The notes under the pieces are model-generated. The model saw nothing but the letters and a program-made list of their open reading frames with translations, was not told where the DNA came from and searched no databases. A program made the position numbers and the translations under genes. A stretch of 62,675 nucleotides of DNA, counting the filler, from Candidatus Fermentibacterota bacterium (GTDB lineage Bacteria; JAFGKV01): assembly GCA_016928395.1 (NCBI GenBank). It is 10 parts of 10 records of this genome, joined end to end, with 100 filler letters (N's around TTAATTAATTAA, not from the genome) between each part and the next. Parts side by side here need not be neighbours in the genome. Positions count along the whole stretch, not along the records: positions 1 to 16,119 come from JAFGKV010000065.1; 9 more parts are not named here. The stretch is one strand, 5' to 3'. Numbering within the stretch: position 1 is the stretch's first letter; every line of letters begins with the position of its first letter. Below, one piece after another: positions 1-9,819 of this stretch.

Positions 1-1
1 A

Positions 2-241
2 GGGAATCCCAGGGAATCCCCGCGCGTCGAGGTCATCAACCTGACGCAAAGCTGCAACGAAGCCCTCATTCTCACGATGCTGGGCCGCGGCTCGATGCAC
101 GGCTATCAGCTCGCGTTCGAGTGCGAACAGCGCGGCGGTGGTCTCTTCGCATTCAAACACGGCACCCTCTACCCCATCCTCCGCACGCTGGAGCATGACG
201 ACCTGATCCAGGGCCTCTGGTCGGTCTTGACGGAACCTTAG
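2..241 (+). pseudogene. PadR-family winged-helix regulator, 5' end probably outside the window and C-terminally truncated
   Basis: Not in the ORF track. Frame 2 reads ...EALILTMLGRGSMHGYQLAFECEQRGGGLFAFKHGTLYPILRTLEHDDLIQGLWSVLTEP*. It has the PadR HGY and GTLYP motifs but stops (TAG 239-241) before the RRKYY wing strand. Confidence 0.65.
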
Positions 242-355
242 AACGGTGCTTTTGGATTCCTTGTGGGTAGGCAGCGCATGGATAGGGCGGAGGAGCCACC
301 TTGGATTCCCTCGTCCGTCGTGAAGCCTGAGCGCCGTCCCGAGGCGAGGACGCGC

Positions 356-423
356 TGGAGGGACCCGCTTCGTCGGGTCCGGTTCGTCCTGTCACGGTGG
401 ACGCGAGGAATCGCGTCCCTCCA
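356..423. repeat. Inverted pair of REP-like palindromes with TGGAGGGAC...GTCCCTCCA ends
   Basis: TGGAGGGACCCGCTTCGTCGGGTCC and GGACGCGAGGAATCGCGTCCCTCCA each form a hairpin, and the outer ends are complementary. Confidence 0.5.
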
Positions 424-900
424 GGGAGCATGACATCGGCTGAGAGATGACCTCGCCGCGTCCAAAGAGGCTCCCTATCCTCGGGTGACGCCTGGCCCAG
501 CTCTCCTGGGGGTGACCCACCAGAATCCCGGAAGAGCCTTTGGAACATAATGCCGCCGGATCATCGTTTCCATCGAGAGATTCCAGGTTCGTGAGATGCA
601 TTTCATCCTTCTGCACAGCCCACGCTTCGTGTTCCCCAACACCGGGGGGTGCCGACCGGCATACCCTCGGCACCTCAAGCCCCGGCAACTCTCTTCTGCC
701 CGCTCATGCCTTCCAAAGCCGGAGTCTGACTCACTCTGTCATTATCGATCGTGCGTCGTCTTTCCTGTGTCAATCCATCGCACCATCGAAAGGAAGCTAA
801 TGCCATCGACGCTCGCACGAGGAATGCAGCACCTTCTATTCAGTGCGTCTGAACACTCAAGTCTGACTACTCATCCTCGATGTCATGACCACATTCAGGG

Positions 901-931
901 TTGACAATCCAGGTCTCGCTTATTGTATCGT
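901..931 (+). promoter_or_regulatory. Possible sigma70 promoter of the APC operon
   Basis: Perfect TTGACA at 901-906. The -10 candidates TATTGT and TATCGT have non-ideal spacing. RBS GGAGGAG at 971-977. Confidence 0.3.
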
Positions 932-979
932 TGATGACCCGTACCTGAGCTGGACGATGCAAGAAGATTGGGAGGAGAC

Positions 980-2560
980 ATGAGTAATGAACAGGGAGTG
1001 ATCTTCACCAGACGAGCATCGGGTCTCGTGCGCGAGCTCTCGTGGTTTGATGTATTCGTATTCGTCGTGGCAGGGCCTGCGGCGTCTGGGGTGACGTTCT
1101 ACTCCGTGTCGACGGCCGCCAACTACCCCGGTGCCAGTCTCACCCTGGCATTCCTGATAGGTTTGGCAGTATTCCTGCCCATAACCTTCCTGGTGGCCAT
1201 CACTTCGGCAACCATGCCTCGATCGGGAGGTCTGTACATTGTCGTGAGCCGGGTCCTCGGGCCGACGGTGGGATATCTCAGCGCCTGGCTGCTCTTCATC
1301 GGGTACGGCATATCCAGCGGCGTACTTGGATACATCGTCGTGGGTCTCATGGGATCAGGCTTCGCCACCGCCGCGCTCAGCAGCAGGATCGTATGGTTGG
1401 CCGAGGTCGGCGCGGCCATGCAAACCCGCCACTGGCAGCTCATCGGCGGAGTGCTCTGGGTGGGGCTCTTCTGGCTCATTGCCTACAAGGGAATTCGCAA
1501 GGTGAAGAACATGATGCGGGCGATGTTCTTCATCCCTTTGGTCGGCACCATCATCGCGGTGCTCTGGTTCCTGCTCTCCGGAGGCCCCGAGGGAGTCGCA
1601 GCCCGATTCGATGCCACGTGGGGCGAGGGGGTGTTCAACGCGATCCAGCAGAAGGCGGCTGAACTCGGGTGGGCCTCGCCGGGGTTCAGTTTTGCCGCGA
1701 CGATAAACGCCATGATCGTGGTCATCTGGGCATACGCGAGTATCACCATCATCAACTATGCCGGCGGCGAGATCAAGACCCCGAAGACGAGCATGATCAG
1801 AGGCTTCTTCCTGGGAACCTCCTTTGTCGGGCTGTTCTATGTGCTCATTGTCTTCAGCGTCTACAAGGCGTTCGGCGAGTTCATCGCCAGCTACGACTTC
1901 CTCTTTGACTCACATCCGGAGGCGCTGGCCGCTCTCATGGGAGGGGTGGTTGAACCATCAGTGCCGTTCTACTTCATGGCCATCGCGCCGAATGTATGGT
2001 TTGGGCTTCTGGTCGCGATGACCATCGCTCTGTGGTACGCGAACTCGATTCTCCCGGGCTTCCTCGCCAATTCGCGGCTGGCCTTCGCGCTGTCCATGGA
2101 CAAGTCGTTCCCCAAGGCCCTGTCCGCGGTGAATCGCCGCACCGGCTCGCCGACCAACGCGGTGCACCTGAATGCGGCGTTCTGCCTCGTGGGCGTCTTG
2201 ATCATGATGCTCTCGGTTGACGTCATCCTGTCGCTGCTGACGATCACGACATTCTTCATCTTCTGGCCCTTCGGACTCAGCGCCATGCTGCTTCCGTACC
2301 ACAACCGGGAGATCTACGAGCGCTCACCGGTGCAGTGGACTCTATTCGGCGTGCCGGTACTGACAATCCTGGGAGGATTTACCTTTGTGGTCGGGTGGTT
2401 CTTCATCTACCTGTCGCTACGGAACTTCACGCCGTCGGTCATGCTCGCACTGATTCTGGTCATGCTGGGAGGTATGGTTCTGTATCTCTGCCAGCAGGCG
2501 AAGAACCGGCGCGAGGGGGTGGACGTAAGCCAGATCTACGCCAAGATCCCGCCTGAATAG
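980..2560 (+). CDS. APC-family amino acid/amine permease
   Basis: About 12 hydrophobic segments, N-terminal FTRRASGLVRELS, MPRSGGLY and GEIKTP motifs. ATG 980 follows GGAGGAG. Confidence 0.9.
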   Translation: MSNEQGVIFTRRASGLVRELSWFDVFVFVVAGPAASGVTFYSVSTAANYPGASLTLAFLIGLAVFLPITFLVAITSATMPRSGGLYIVVSRVLGPTVGYLSAWLLFIGYGISSGVLGYIVVGLMGSGFATAALSSRIVWLAEVGAAMQTRHWQLIGGVLWVGLFWLIAYKGIRKVKNMMRAMFFIPLVGTIIAVLWFLLSGGPEGVAARFDATWGEGVFNAIQQKAAELGWASPGFSFAATINAMIVVIWAYASITIINYAGGEIKTPKTSMIRGFFLGTSFVGLFYVLIVFSVYKAFGEFIASYDFLFDSHPEALAALMGGVVEPSVPFYFMAIAPNVWFGLLVAMTIALWYANSILPGFLANSRLAFALSMDKSFPKALSAVNRRTGSPTNAVHLNAAFCLVGVLIMMLSVDVILSLLTITTFFIFWPFGLSAMLLPYHNREIYERSPVQWTLFGVPVLTILGGFTFVVGWFFIYLSLRNFTPSVMLALILVMLGGMVLYLCQQAKNRREGVDVSQIYAKIPPE

Positions 2561-2573
2561 ACGAGGGAACGCC

Positions 2574-3524
2574 ATGGCAAAGCTGTTCTTTTCTGTTGAC
2601 GTGCATGGCGCCGAAAGCGTGTGGAGAAAGTGGCTCAGAGTGCCGGAACTCTACGGGGTAGAGGCGATGCTGCTCTGTGGCGACCTCACGGGGAAATCGT
2701 TGGTCCCACTCATCGACCGTGGGAATGAACGGGTCGAGGCCTTCTACTTCGGAAAGAAGTGGCTCCTGGAGGAGGGACCTGAGCTGGACGCCATGGAGAA
2801 GCGAATCCAGGATGCGGGCGCCTATACGCTTCGATGCGATCCGGAGAGAGTCAGTGCGCTCCAGGAAAACCCCCACGAAGTCGAGACTCTCATGCTAGGT
2901 ATGATAAAGGAACGCATGGTCCGATGGATGGAGATGGTCATCCATTCGGTGAACCTGGCCGCGGTAGACACGGTGGTGATGCCGGGCAATGATGACGATT
3001 GGGAGATTGACGACGTCATCAAATCCTTCTCGGATCGTGGTATCCGGTGGTGCCTCGATGATGTGGTCGAGATCCTCGGGGCTCCGATGATCAGCCTTGA
3101 CTATGTCAATCCGACCCCCTGGGACACGCCGAGGGAGGACAGCGAGAAGGGCCTCTGGAAGAGAATTCGAACCCTCGTGGACAAACTCGATGATCCCTCA
3201 GGGGCGATCTTCAACTTCCATGCACCCCCGTACAATACCATGCTCGACCTGGCGCCCGAGCTTGACGCGAGCAAGAAGCCTGTCACCATTGCCGGGCAGG
3301 TCAACTTCGTGCACGTGGGCAGCAGCGCCGTGGCGCGGGCATTGGAAGAGTACCAGCCCATGATTGGGCTCCACGGGCATATCCATGAATCGTCCGCCCA
3401 TGACATGATAGGAAAGACGGTGGTCGTGAACCCCGGTTCGGAATACGGGGAGGGCATTCTGCGCGGCTACGTCGTTGAAATCGAAGGATCCAGGGTGAAG
3501 AACCAGTGGAAGGTGGAAGGATGA
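2574..3524 (+). CDS. Calcineurin-like metallophosphoesterase (Icc-related)
   Basis: All five metal-binding motifs are present: DVHG, GDLT, PGNDD, HAPP, HGHIHE. Confidence 0.9.
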   Translation: MAKLFFSVDVHGAESVWRKWLRVPELYGVEAMLLCGDLTGKSLVPLIDRGNERVEAFYFGKKWLLEEGPELDAMEKRIQDAGAYTLRCDPERVSALQENPHEVETLMLGMIKERMVRWMEMVIHSVNLAAVDTVVMPGNDDDWEIDDVIKSFSDRGIRWCLDDVVEILGAPMISLDYVNPTPWDTPREDSEKGLWKRIRTLVDKLDDPSGAIFNFHAPPYNTMLDLAPELDASKKPVTIAGQVNFVHVGSSAVARALEEYQPMIGLHGHIHESSAHDMIGKTVVVNPGSEYGEGILRGYVVEIEGSRVKNQWKVEG

Positions 3525-4363
3525 GACCGGTGACCAGGCTTCCTGCGGAGGCGCATGCCCCCTTCCTGGAAGGGGGCGTGATGCTGACTCCCGAGGTGCT
3601 CTCCGAGCAGGAAGAGAAGTTCGTGGGTTTGCTTGAAGGCATTCTGGAAAGAGCATCGGCACATCGGGTTACGCTGCGGGTCATCGGATCCCTGGCGTTC
3701 CGGGTACAATGCCCTGACTACAAGTACATGGAATACGAGAACGCGCGGTTCCTTACCGACATAGATTTCGTGGGCTACTCCAGGGATATCGCAGGCATCC
3801 AGGACTTGTTCCTGGGCATGAGATGGGAAGAGAACATGACGGTGCTTCGCCTGTTCGGCGACACGCGGCGGGTGTTCTACCATCCCGAGCTTCCGCTTCA
3901 TTCCGATGTGTTTCTGGATAAGCTCCGGTTCTGCCATGAAATTGACTTCCGTGGGAGGCTCGAGCTCGAGTACCCAACCATACCTTTGGCGGATCTTCTG
4001 CTGGAAAAGCTGCAGATCGTGGAGATAAACAAGAAGGATCTGATCGACATCATGGTGCTGCTGCGGCAGTTTCCGGTGGGATTGGCTTTCGATTCCGAAT
4101 CCAGTATCGACGGCACACGAGTTGCCGCCATTTGTGGCAACGACTGGGGATGGTGGCGCACGACGACGCGCAACATTGAGAAGACGATGCGTTTCGCGTC
4201 CGAGTACCTGTCCGCGGACAACGCGACGATTGTCCAGACCAGGCTTGCCACATTGGCCGCCATGGTCGATACGAGCCCAAAGGGATTACGATGGAAGGCA
4301 CGCGCACTGGTGGGCGAACGCGTGAAATGGTACCGTGAGGTGGAGGAACTCCAGCGGGACTAG
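3521..4363 (+). CDS. Uncharacterised nucleotidyltransferase-fold protein
   Basis: IGSLAF...TDIDF (GS + DxD), third Asp in HSDVF, and LLLEKL...KDLID helices. ATGA overlap with the upstream gene. Confidence 0.65.
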   Translation: MRPVTRLPAEAHAPFLEGGVMLTPEVLSEQEEKFVGLLEGILERASAHRVTLRVIGSLAFRVQCPDYKYMEYENARFLTDIDFVGYSRDIAGIQDLFLGMRWEENMTVLRLFGDTRRVFYHPELPLHSDVFLDKLRFCHEIDFRGRLELEYPTIPLADLLLEKLQIVEINKKDLIDIMVLLRQFPVGLAFDSESSIDGTRVAAICGNDWGWWRTTTRNIEKTMRFASEYLSADNATIVQTRLATLAAMVDTSPKGLRWKARALVGERVKWYREVEELQRD

Positions 4364-5520
4364 CCCGAGGTCTGCTGCTCCAAGCTTTCAACGGCGGGCA
4401 TGATCTCCTGCCGATCGGTTTCGAGGGTTTCCTTGAACTCCGAGAGCGAAGGAATGACTATCTTCGCTATGTACTTGCTGCTCATCAGGCGAAGCATCGC
4501 GGCGTAGTTCACGCGGAATCGTATCGTCCCCCCGATCTGGAGACCATTGGGGTCATCGCCCAGATTCACCACGGTGATGTCACTACTGGCGCCGGCGATC
4601 CGATGCCGTGGGTCGACAGGAGTGAGGCCCCCAATCTCCGTATCGAGTTGCCCGACGCTGACCAATGCTCGATACCCTCGCTGACCAGGCGACAGACTCT
4701 CGTCGCTCTCGGAATCGAAGGGTGTCATGACTGCCGTTTCGGAGAGAGGCACGAGCCCCTTCTCCTTGATCTCGGCGATCTCCGCATCGAGCAGCACAAC
4801 GTCGTTGCGCAGCGTCGGTAATGACCCTCCGTTCACAAGGTCTGTGCCAAGGAAGATTGCTTCGCCGATGCGGAAATGGTTGATCGCTCTGGGCAGTTTG
4901 CCTTCCAGCAGCAAGGGCAATACTGCCGAGGATCCTGCCGATATCATCGGGAGCTTCCGATGAAACTTCAGTTCGAGCAGCTCACGGTAGAGCGCTAGCT
5001 GCGTAAACTGGTCGACATTGGGCACCGCTCCCGCCAGGCATCCCAGGTTCGCGCCAATGCCAAGCACCTCGACGTTCGGCAATTCGAAGACTCGTTCGTA
5101 GAACTTCACCAGGCTCCCCGGAAGGATTCCTTCACGAAGATCTCCAAGCTCGATCATGATGATGATCTTGTGAATACGATCCAGCTTCTTGGCTTCGTCG
5201 TTCAGCGATCGAATGACCTCGACCTCGCTGTTCAAGCTCACATCGGCGAATCGAGCCACCTTGGCAACCGAGGAGAGGTCCGAGACGCGCACATACCATG
5301 ACTCGAAATCAGGTACGATCCGGTCAATTGCCTCCAGGTTCTCCAAGCGTGAGTCTCCCATAGAGCGAACCCCCAGCACCTGCAAGGCTCGAAGCGTGTC
5401 GGCGTGTCCGCAGAGGACTTTGGTCACGACGGTCCACGTGGCGGGGTGCTGATCCATCCAGCCCTTGATGGTGCCGAGATTGTGCTTCAAGGCATGGAGA
5501 TCGATGGTGACTCGATTCAC
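4360..5520 (-). CDS. PLP-dependent alanine/ornithine racemase-family protein (Orr-like)
   Basis: VVTK (PLP lysine), DSRL, ELGDLREG, GIGANLGC, RIGE and GASSD motifs. Confidence 0.85.
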   Translation of the reverse strand: MNRVTIDLHALKHNLGTIKGWMDQHPATWTVVTKVLCGHADTLRALQVLGVRSMGDSRLENLEAIDRIVPDFESWYVRVSDLSSVAKVARFADVSLNSEVEVIRSLNDEAKKLDRIHKIIIMIELGDLREGILPGSLVKFYERVFELPNVEVLGIGANLGCLAGAVPNVDQFTQLALYRELLELKFHRKLPMISAGSSAVLPLLLEGKLPRAINHFRIGEAIFLGTDLVNGGSLPTLRNDVVLLDAEIAEIKEKGLVPLSETAVMTPFDSESDESLSPGQRGYRALVSVGQLDTEIGGLTPVDPRHRIAGASSDITVVNLGDDPNGLQIGGTIRFRVNYAAMLRLMSSKYIAKIVIPSLSEFKETLETDRQEIMPAVESLEQQTSG

Positions 5521-5996
5521 TTGGTGTACCTCATCTCGGCATACTTGCTGGTCATGCCCAGCCGCTCATAGAGACGTTTCGCGGGATTGTCGTACTCCAC
5601 ATGGAGTTTGACATCTCCATCAGCTAACTCGAAGGAACGCCGGATCAGCATGCTGCCAATGCCTTCACCCCGGGTCGAAGGATCCACCGCAACCCAGAGC
5701 AGCAAATTCTCAGGAATGTATCCCTTCATTCCGGTACGCAACATCACCAGTGCCCCCAGCGGGCGTTCGTCACGTTCGCTGACAAGGATGAACCCAGGTT
5801 CACCTGCCTGGGGTGAAAGTGCATCGCCGATACCGCGCCGTATATCCTCGGGGGAATCTTCAAACGGTTTGAGGCTCTCATGCAGAAACACCGCGAGCTG
5901 CTCCGGGGTCAACCACGAGGGAAAATCACGGAAGGCGCGCAGCTCATGCAGTGTAATACTCGCTGGCTTCCTTTCATTTGCAGTATCTTGAGCCAT
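5517..5996 (-). CDS. GNAT N-acetyltransferase
   Basis: AVDPSTRGEGIG acetyl-CoA motif and NPAKRLYERLG. GGAGG RBS. 4-bp overlap with the racemase start. Confidence 0.88.
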   Translation of the reverse strand: MAQDTANERKPASITLHELRAFRDFPSWLTPEQLAVFLHESLKPFEDSPEDIRRGIGDALSPQAGEPGFILVSERDERPLGALVMLRTGMKGYIPENLLLWVAVDPSTRGEGIGSMLIRRSFELADGDVKLHVEYDNPAKRLYERLGMTSKYAEMRYTK

Positions 5997-6117
5997 TGTC
6001 TCTTGCCCTCCATTTTGAATAGTCTACTGTCATACATCGGTACGTTCGACGGGCACGATGTGGGTTCGGTGGCATTCCATGGCGCCGGGAATCTCGATCT
6101 GTCGCTGTGTTGCTATG

Positions 6118-6146
6118 ATACTACCATCAAATCCGCTCAGTGTCAA
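6118..6146 (-). promoter_or_regulatory. sigma70 promoter for the GNAT-racemase pair
   Basis: Minus strand reads TTGACA-N17-TAGTAT with an extended -10 TG, about 120 bp upstream of the GNAT ATG. Confidence 0.6.
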
Positions 6147-6235
6147 GTCGTCTTTCATCATCTGACGACCACCATGCAAGGCGCAACTCCGGATGTATCG
6201 ATGCGCATGTGCACAGGATGCGCCCGGAGATCTCC

Positions 6236-7414
6236 TCACTCTACGACGCTGCGGGGTATGCTCGGAGGAATACGGGTCAGGATCTCATAGTTCACGTAGT
6301 TTATCATGTCCGAGAATGAACTGACGGTGATCCGCGCTCGCTTCTGGCTGCCGATGATGACGACCTCGTCGCCCCTATGAACCCCTGGGCAATCGGTCAC
6401 GTCAATCATCATCATGTTCATGCTGACGTATCCCACGACGGGCGCTCTCCTACCATGAACCAAGACGTAGCCGAGATTGCTCAGACTCCTGGGGAACCCA
6501 TGTGAGTAGCCCACGGGTACCGCGGCCAGGGTCAAGTCACGCATCGCCTGGAACGCGTTGCCGTAGCCAACGAAGTCTCCGCGCCTCGCCTGCTTCAGAC
6601 CCATGATCCTGCTGCTCCAGCGCAAGACGCCCTTCAGGACTGTGCGCGTAGTGTCTCCCTTGGCTTCGGCGCTGCGAATGAGGTAGCGCATTCGGCTTTC
6701 CTGATTCGGCCAGTAGCCGTATTGAGCGATTCCTATTCGGACCATGTCCAGTTTCGAGTCAGGATAGTTGAAGGCTGCCGCCGATCCAGCAGCGTGCGCG
6801 AGTCGAGGAACGAGGCCTCGTTTCGCCAGCGCGATCCGGCTCTCTGAGAAGACGTGCAGTTGATTCCTGATTCGGTAGTCGTTGGCAATGCTCTCGGCCC
6901 CGGCCAGATGGGTGCAGACGCCGTCCACGCAGAGTCGATCGGGGTGGGCAAGAATGAGTTCGAGAGCGTCACCGAGGGCTGCGTCTTCGAACCCCGTACG
7001 GTTCATCCCCGTCTCGATCTCCAGATGAATCCGGGCCACGCCGCCCACCTTCCCCGCGGCCTGCAGGGCTCCCTCCAGGCGCGGGAGATCGAAGACATAG
7101 AACGCAATGCCGCGTTCCACCGCCCACTCCAGTTGGGTATCGTCAATGTAGCCGAGAATCAGCAGATCAGTTCCTAAACGCCGCACCCGGTCGGCGGCAT
7201 AGGCCTCCTCGGCGCTGAATACCGAGAAGTGCCGCACACCACACTCCTCCGCCATAGGAACAAAGACCTCTATCCCGTGACCGTACGCATTCCCCTTGAT
7301 CACGGAAGAGAACAAGGTCTCGGGGCCGATGATGCTGCGTAGGAATCGCAGATTCTGCCTGTATGCTGAACGGCTTATCTCCACTTTCGATGAATGCTCC
7401 ATCATGTACCCCAT
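6236..7414 (-). CDS. alr: Alanine racemase
   Basis: VIKGNAYGHG PLP motif, ETGMNRTG, VRIGI, VGYG, GYVSMNMM. The start is probably ATG 7414, 7405 or 7402 rather than 7678. Confidence 0.9.
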   Translation of the reverse strand: MGYMMEHSSKVEISRSAYRQNLRFLRSIIGPETLFSSVIKGNAYGHGIEVFVPMAEECGVRHFSVFSAEEAYAADRVRRLGTDLLILGYIDDTQLEWAVERGIAFYVFDLPRLEGALQAAGKVGGVARIHLEIETGMNRTGFEDAALGDALELILAHPDRLCVDGVCTHLAGAESIANDYRIRNQLHVFSESRIALAKRGLVPRLAHAAGSAAAFNYPDSKLDMVRIGIAQYGYWPNQESRMRYLIRSAEAKGDTTRTVLKGVLRWSSRIMGLKQARRGDFVGYGNAFQAMRDLTLAAVPVGYSHGFPRSLSNLGYVLVHGRRAPVVGYVSMNMMMIDVTDCPGVHRGDEVVIIGSQKRARITVSSFSDMINYVNYEILTRIPPSIPRSVVE

Positions 7415-7466
7415 CTTGCCTCCTGGACCAAAGGACCTGACCAGGCTGCACGGCTCCTGACACGCA

Positions 7467-8663
7467 TCATGACCTCTCAACCCGCGCATCGTCCTGAGTA
7501 TCCATCCCGCCCGCCGCGAGGGCAATCCCGTGCAGGAGACGAATCCCGGGTGTGAGAAGCGTATCCGGGAACTCGTAGAAAGGGTGGTGGAGTGCCGGGT
7601 GCTCGGCGCCAGCTCCCAAGCCAAACAGGGCGCCGCGATAGTGCGACGTGAAATGGCCAAAATCCTCGGACCATGCAAAAGGGTGATCGAGGAAACGATT
7701 CTTCAATCCCACGGCATCGGCAACCGATCGCAGGAGCTTGACTGCGTCAGGGCTGTTCACCGTGGCGGGAAAGGGCTCACGGATTTCGATTCGAGCGGTC
7801 AGCCCGTGCGCCCGGCCGATCTCACTACCCAACCGGCGGCAGTGTGCTTCGAGTTCATCCAAAACGCGGTCGGTGTGCGCGCGCATCGTTGCCATGACCA
7901 CGCCTTCCCCTGGGGTTGTCCCGAAAGCGACCTCTCCCACGCGAACATGGATCACGGTCACCTTGGCGGCTTCGTGAAGAGGGATTCGGTCTTGCGGCAA
8001 GGAACTCAACGCTGCGATCACGGCTCCCACGGCCAAGGCCGGGCTCTGACCTCGTTCGGGTTCGGCCGCATGGGCAGTGGCGCCGGTCAGGTGAATGGCT
8101 ATGCCTCTGGATCCACTGGCAAAAGGCCCACTGCGGAGGAGCACCTCGCCGAGGGGGTATCCCGGAAGATTGTGGAGCGCAAACACCCAGTCGGGATGGA
8201 ATCCTGCAAATCGGGCGTCATCGAGCACCATGGATGCGCCCTCGCCGGTCTCTTCGGCGGGTTGGAACAACAAGACGACGCGCCCATTCGCACGGCGGCG
8301 CCAGGCCAGTTCCTGCGCAACGCCGCACAGGATGGCCATATGACCGTCGTGACCACACTTGTGCGACACGCCCGGTGTCGCAGATGGGTGAGGGCAGGAG
8401 CTTTGCTCCGCGATGGGGAGCGCATCCAACTCGCACCGCAGCAGTACCGTCGGGCCGGAGGCAGTTCCCTCATAGACTGCCAGGACCCCGTATCCCCCGA
8501 TGCGCGTGAGCAGCCCGTCCGGTCGTGCGACACGCAGGAACTCCTCGATCAGCCCGGCGGTAGTGACTTCCCCGCGGGAAAGCTCGGCTGCCTGATGCAA
8601 CCTATGACGCAACGCGGTCAGAGACCTGCGATCGTGATCAGTGGATTGAGATACCGAATGCAA
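7467..8663 (-). CDS. M20D-family amidohydrolase
   Basis: RCELDALP, HKCGHDGH, FQPAEE, SEDF and LHHP motifs. Confidence 0.9.
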   Translation of the reverse strand: MHSVSQSTDHDRRSLTALRHRLHQAAELSRGEVTTAGLIEEFLRVARPDGLLTRIGGYGVLAVYEGTASGPTVLLRCELDALPIAEQSSCPHPSATPGVSHKCGHDGHMAILCGVAQELAWRRRANGRVVLLFQPAEETGEGASMVLDDARFAGFHPDWVFALHNLPGYPLGEVLLRSGPFASGSRGIAIHLTGATAHAAEPERGQSPALAVGAVIAALSSLPQDRIPLHEAAKVTVIHVRVGEVAFGTTPGEGVVMATMRAHTDRVLDELEAHCRRLGSEIGRAHGLTARIEIREPFPATVNSPDAVKLLRSVADAVGLKNRFLDHPFAWSEDFGHFTSHYRGALFGLGAGAEHPALHHPFYEFPDTLLTPGIRLLHGIALAAGGMDTQDDARVERS

Positions 8664-8912
8664 CGCGTCAGCCTTTCTGGTGAGACAGTACGAGAGCGGG
8701 ATCCGTTGCGCACGCGATCACGCTCTCCCCTCTCTGGGATCTCCATCCATAGTTCCCTGGCCTTGGCCAGGCTCTTCCCATGAACGCATCCTGTCCTTAC
8801 TAGCTGCTCGTCTGTCGTGTCAAGGAAAACCAGACCCTGTTCGATGGTCTTTCTAACCTGAAACTTCACGCAACCGACATCCCAGAATCCAAGCGATGCC
8901 GGGGTACCCCCA

Positions 8913-9140
8913 GCATTCAGTGGTGCGGGACCAAGCTCCGCGCACACCCTCACCGCCGAGCGGCGGTGAGGCGTTCCCAAGCACGCATGGGAACGAGTCG
9001 GCGGAAACAGGAGCACGAATCTTATCGCCCGGCTTGGCCCCGCACCCAACGCTCTGGGGGCTGTGGCGTGAACGGGCGATCCAGAACTCGGTCTGGATTG
9101 CCCGAACGAGCCGGGCAATGACGGGGGCAGGGGCGGAAGT
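8913..9140. repeat. Dispersed ~210-230 bp palindromic intergenic element (copy 1)
   Basis: Collinear with 60226-60432: GCATTCRGTGGTGCGGG...CCTCACCGCC...GGCGTTCCCA...CTGGATTGCCCGAACGAG...GGCAATGACGGGG...GGAAGT. Confidence 0.75.
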
Positions 9141-9819
9141 CTCCCCATGTATGAGCGGGGCAATGCCCGGGTGTCGACGCCGGCATGAAATGTCCTGAAC
9201 TCGCCGGTGAGGGCGTTCCCTCGGAATGCCCGCGATCTCTTCCGGCAAATGGATCCCGGCACGCTGTGGAGTGCGCAGGCTTGCCTGCGCACTGGATGGC
9301 GGGAGCGCTCCGAGAGTGTGGGGGGATGAGCAGCTTCCCATTTTGGCACGGGGGGATTGAGGGGGATGTGCACAGCGGGAGCCCAGCTCCCGCAGGCGAA
9401 CGCCCCAGCATCCGGCTGGTGCTGGATCACGGCCGCACCCAGTGGTACGGGGGGCAACCGGCGGCACGCCGCAGCACTCCTTGCATGGCTAACGAAGTGG
9501 CGAGAAAGGCACGGCGCGCAGAATGCATCGCCGCAAGATGCTGGACCTTGCCCCTACACGCCCATGTGCGGCAGCGAGAGGGGGAGAACCGACGCTTCGA
9601 CAGGGAAGAAGAGGTCCCTTTGGGATTGGCCGAAGAAGAGCCATTTCGAAACGGCGTTGACACCCGGGCCGCAACTTGCTTCCCAACACCGTGTGTGGCC
9701 ATCCGATCGAAAAGGCTATCGCGATCACAACAGGGGCTCACCGCTACACTCCGATGTCGATAGCGATCCCGCCTCCCTCCCCGCCGAGGGCGGGAGAGAT
9801 CACCCCCAACATCTGATGG

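Noticed and set aside
239-241. Stop-codon readthrough (pyrrolysine) in PadR
   Set aside because: The sequence after the TAG is not PadR-like, and no recoding machinery is seen.
7530-8783. 417-aa plus-strand ORF
   Set aside because: Antisense shadow of the M20 amidohydrolase, typical of high-GC DNA, with no motifs.
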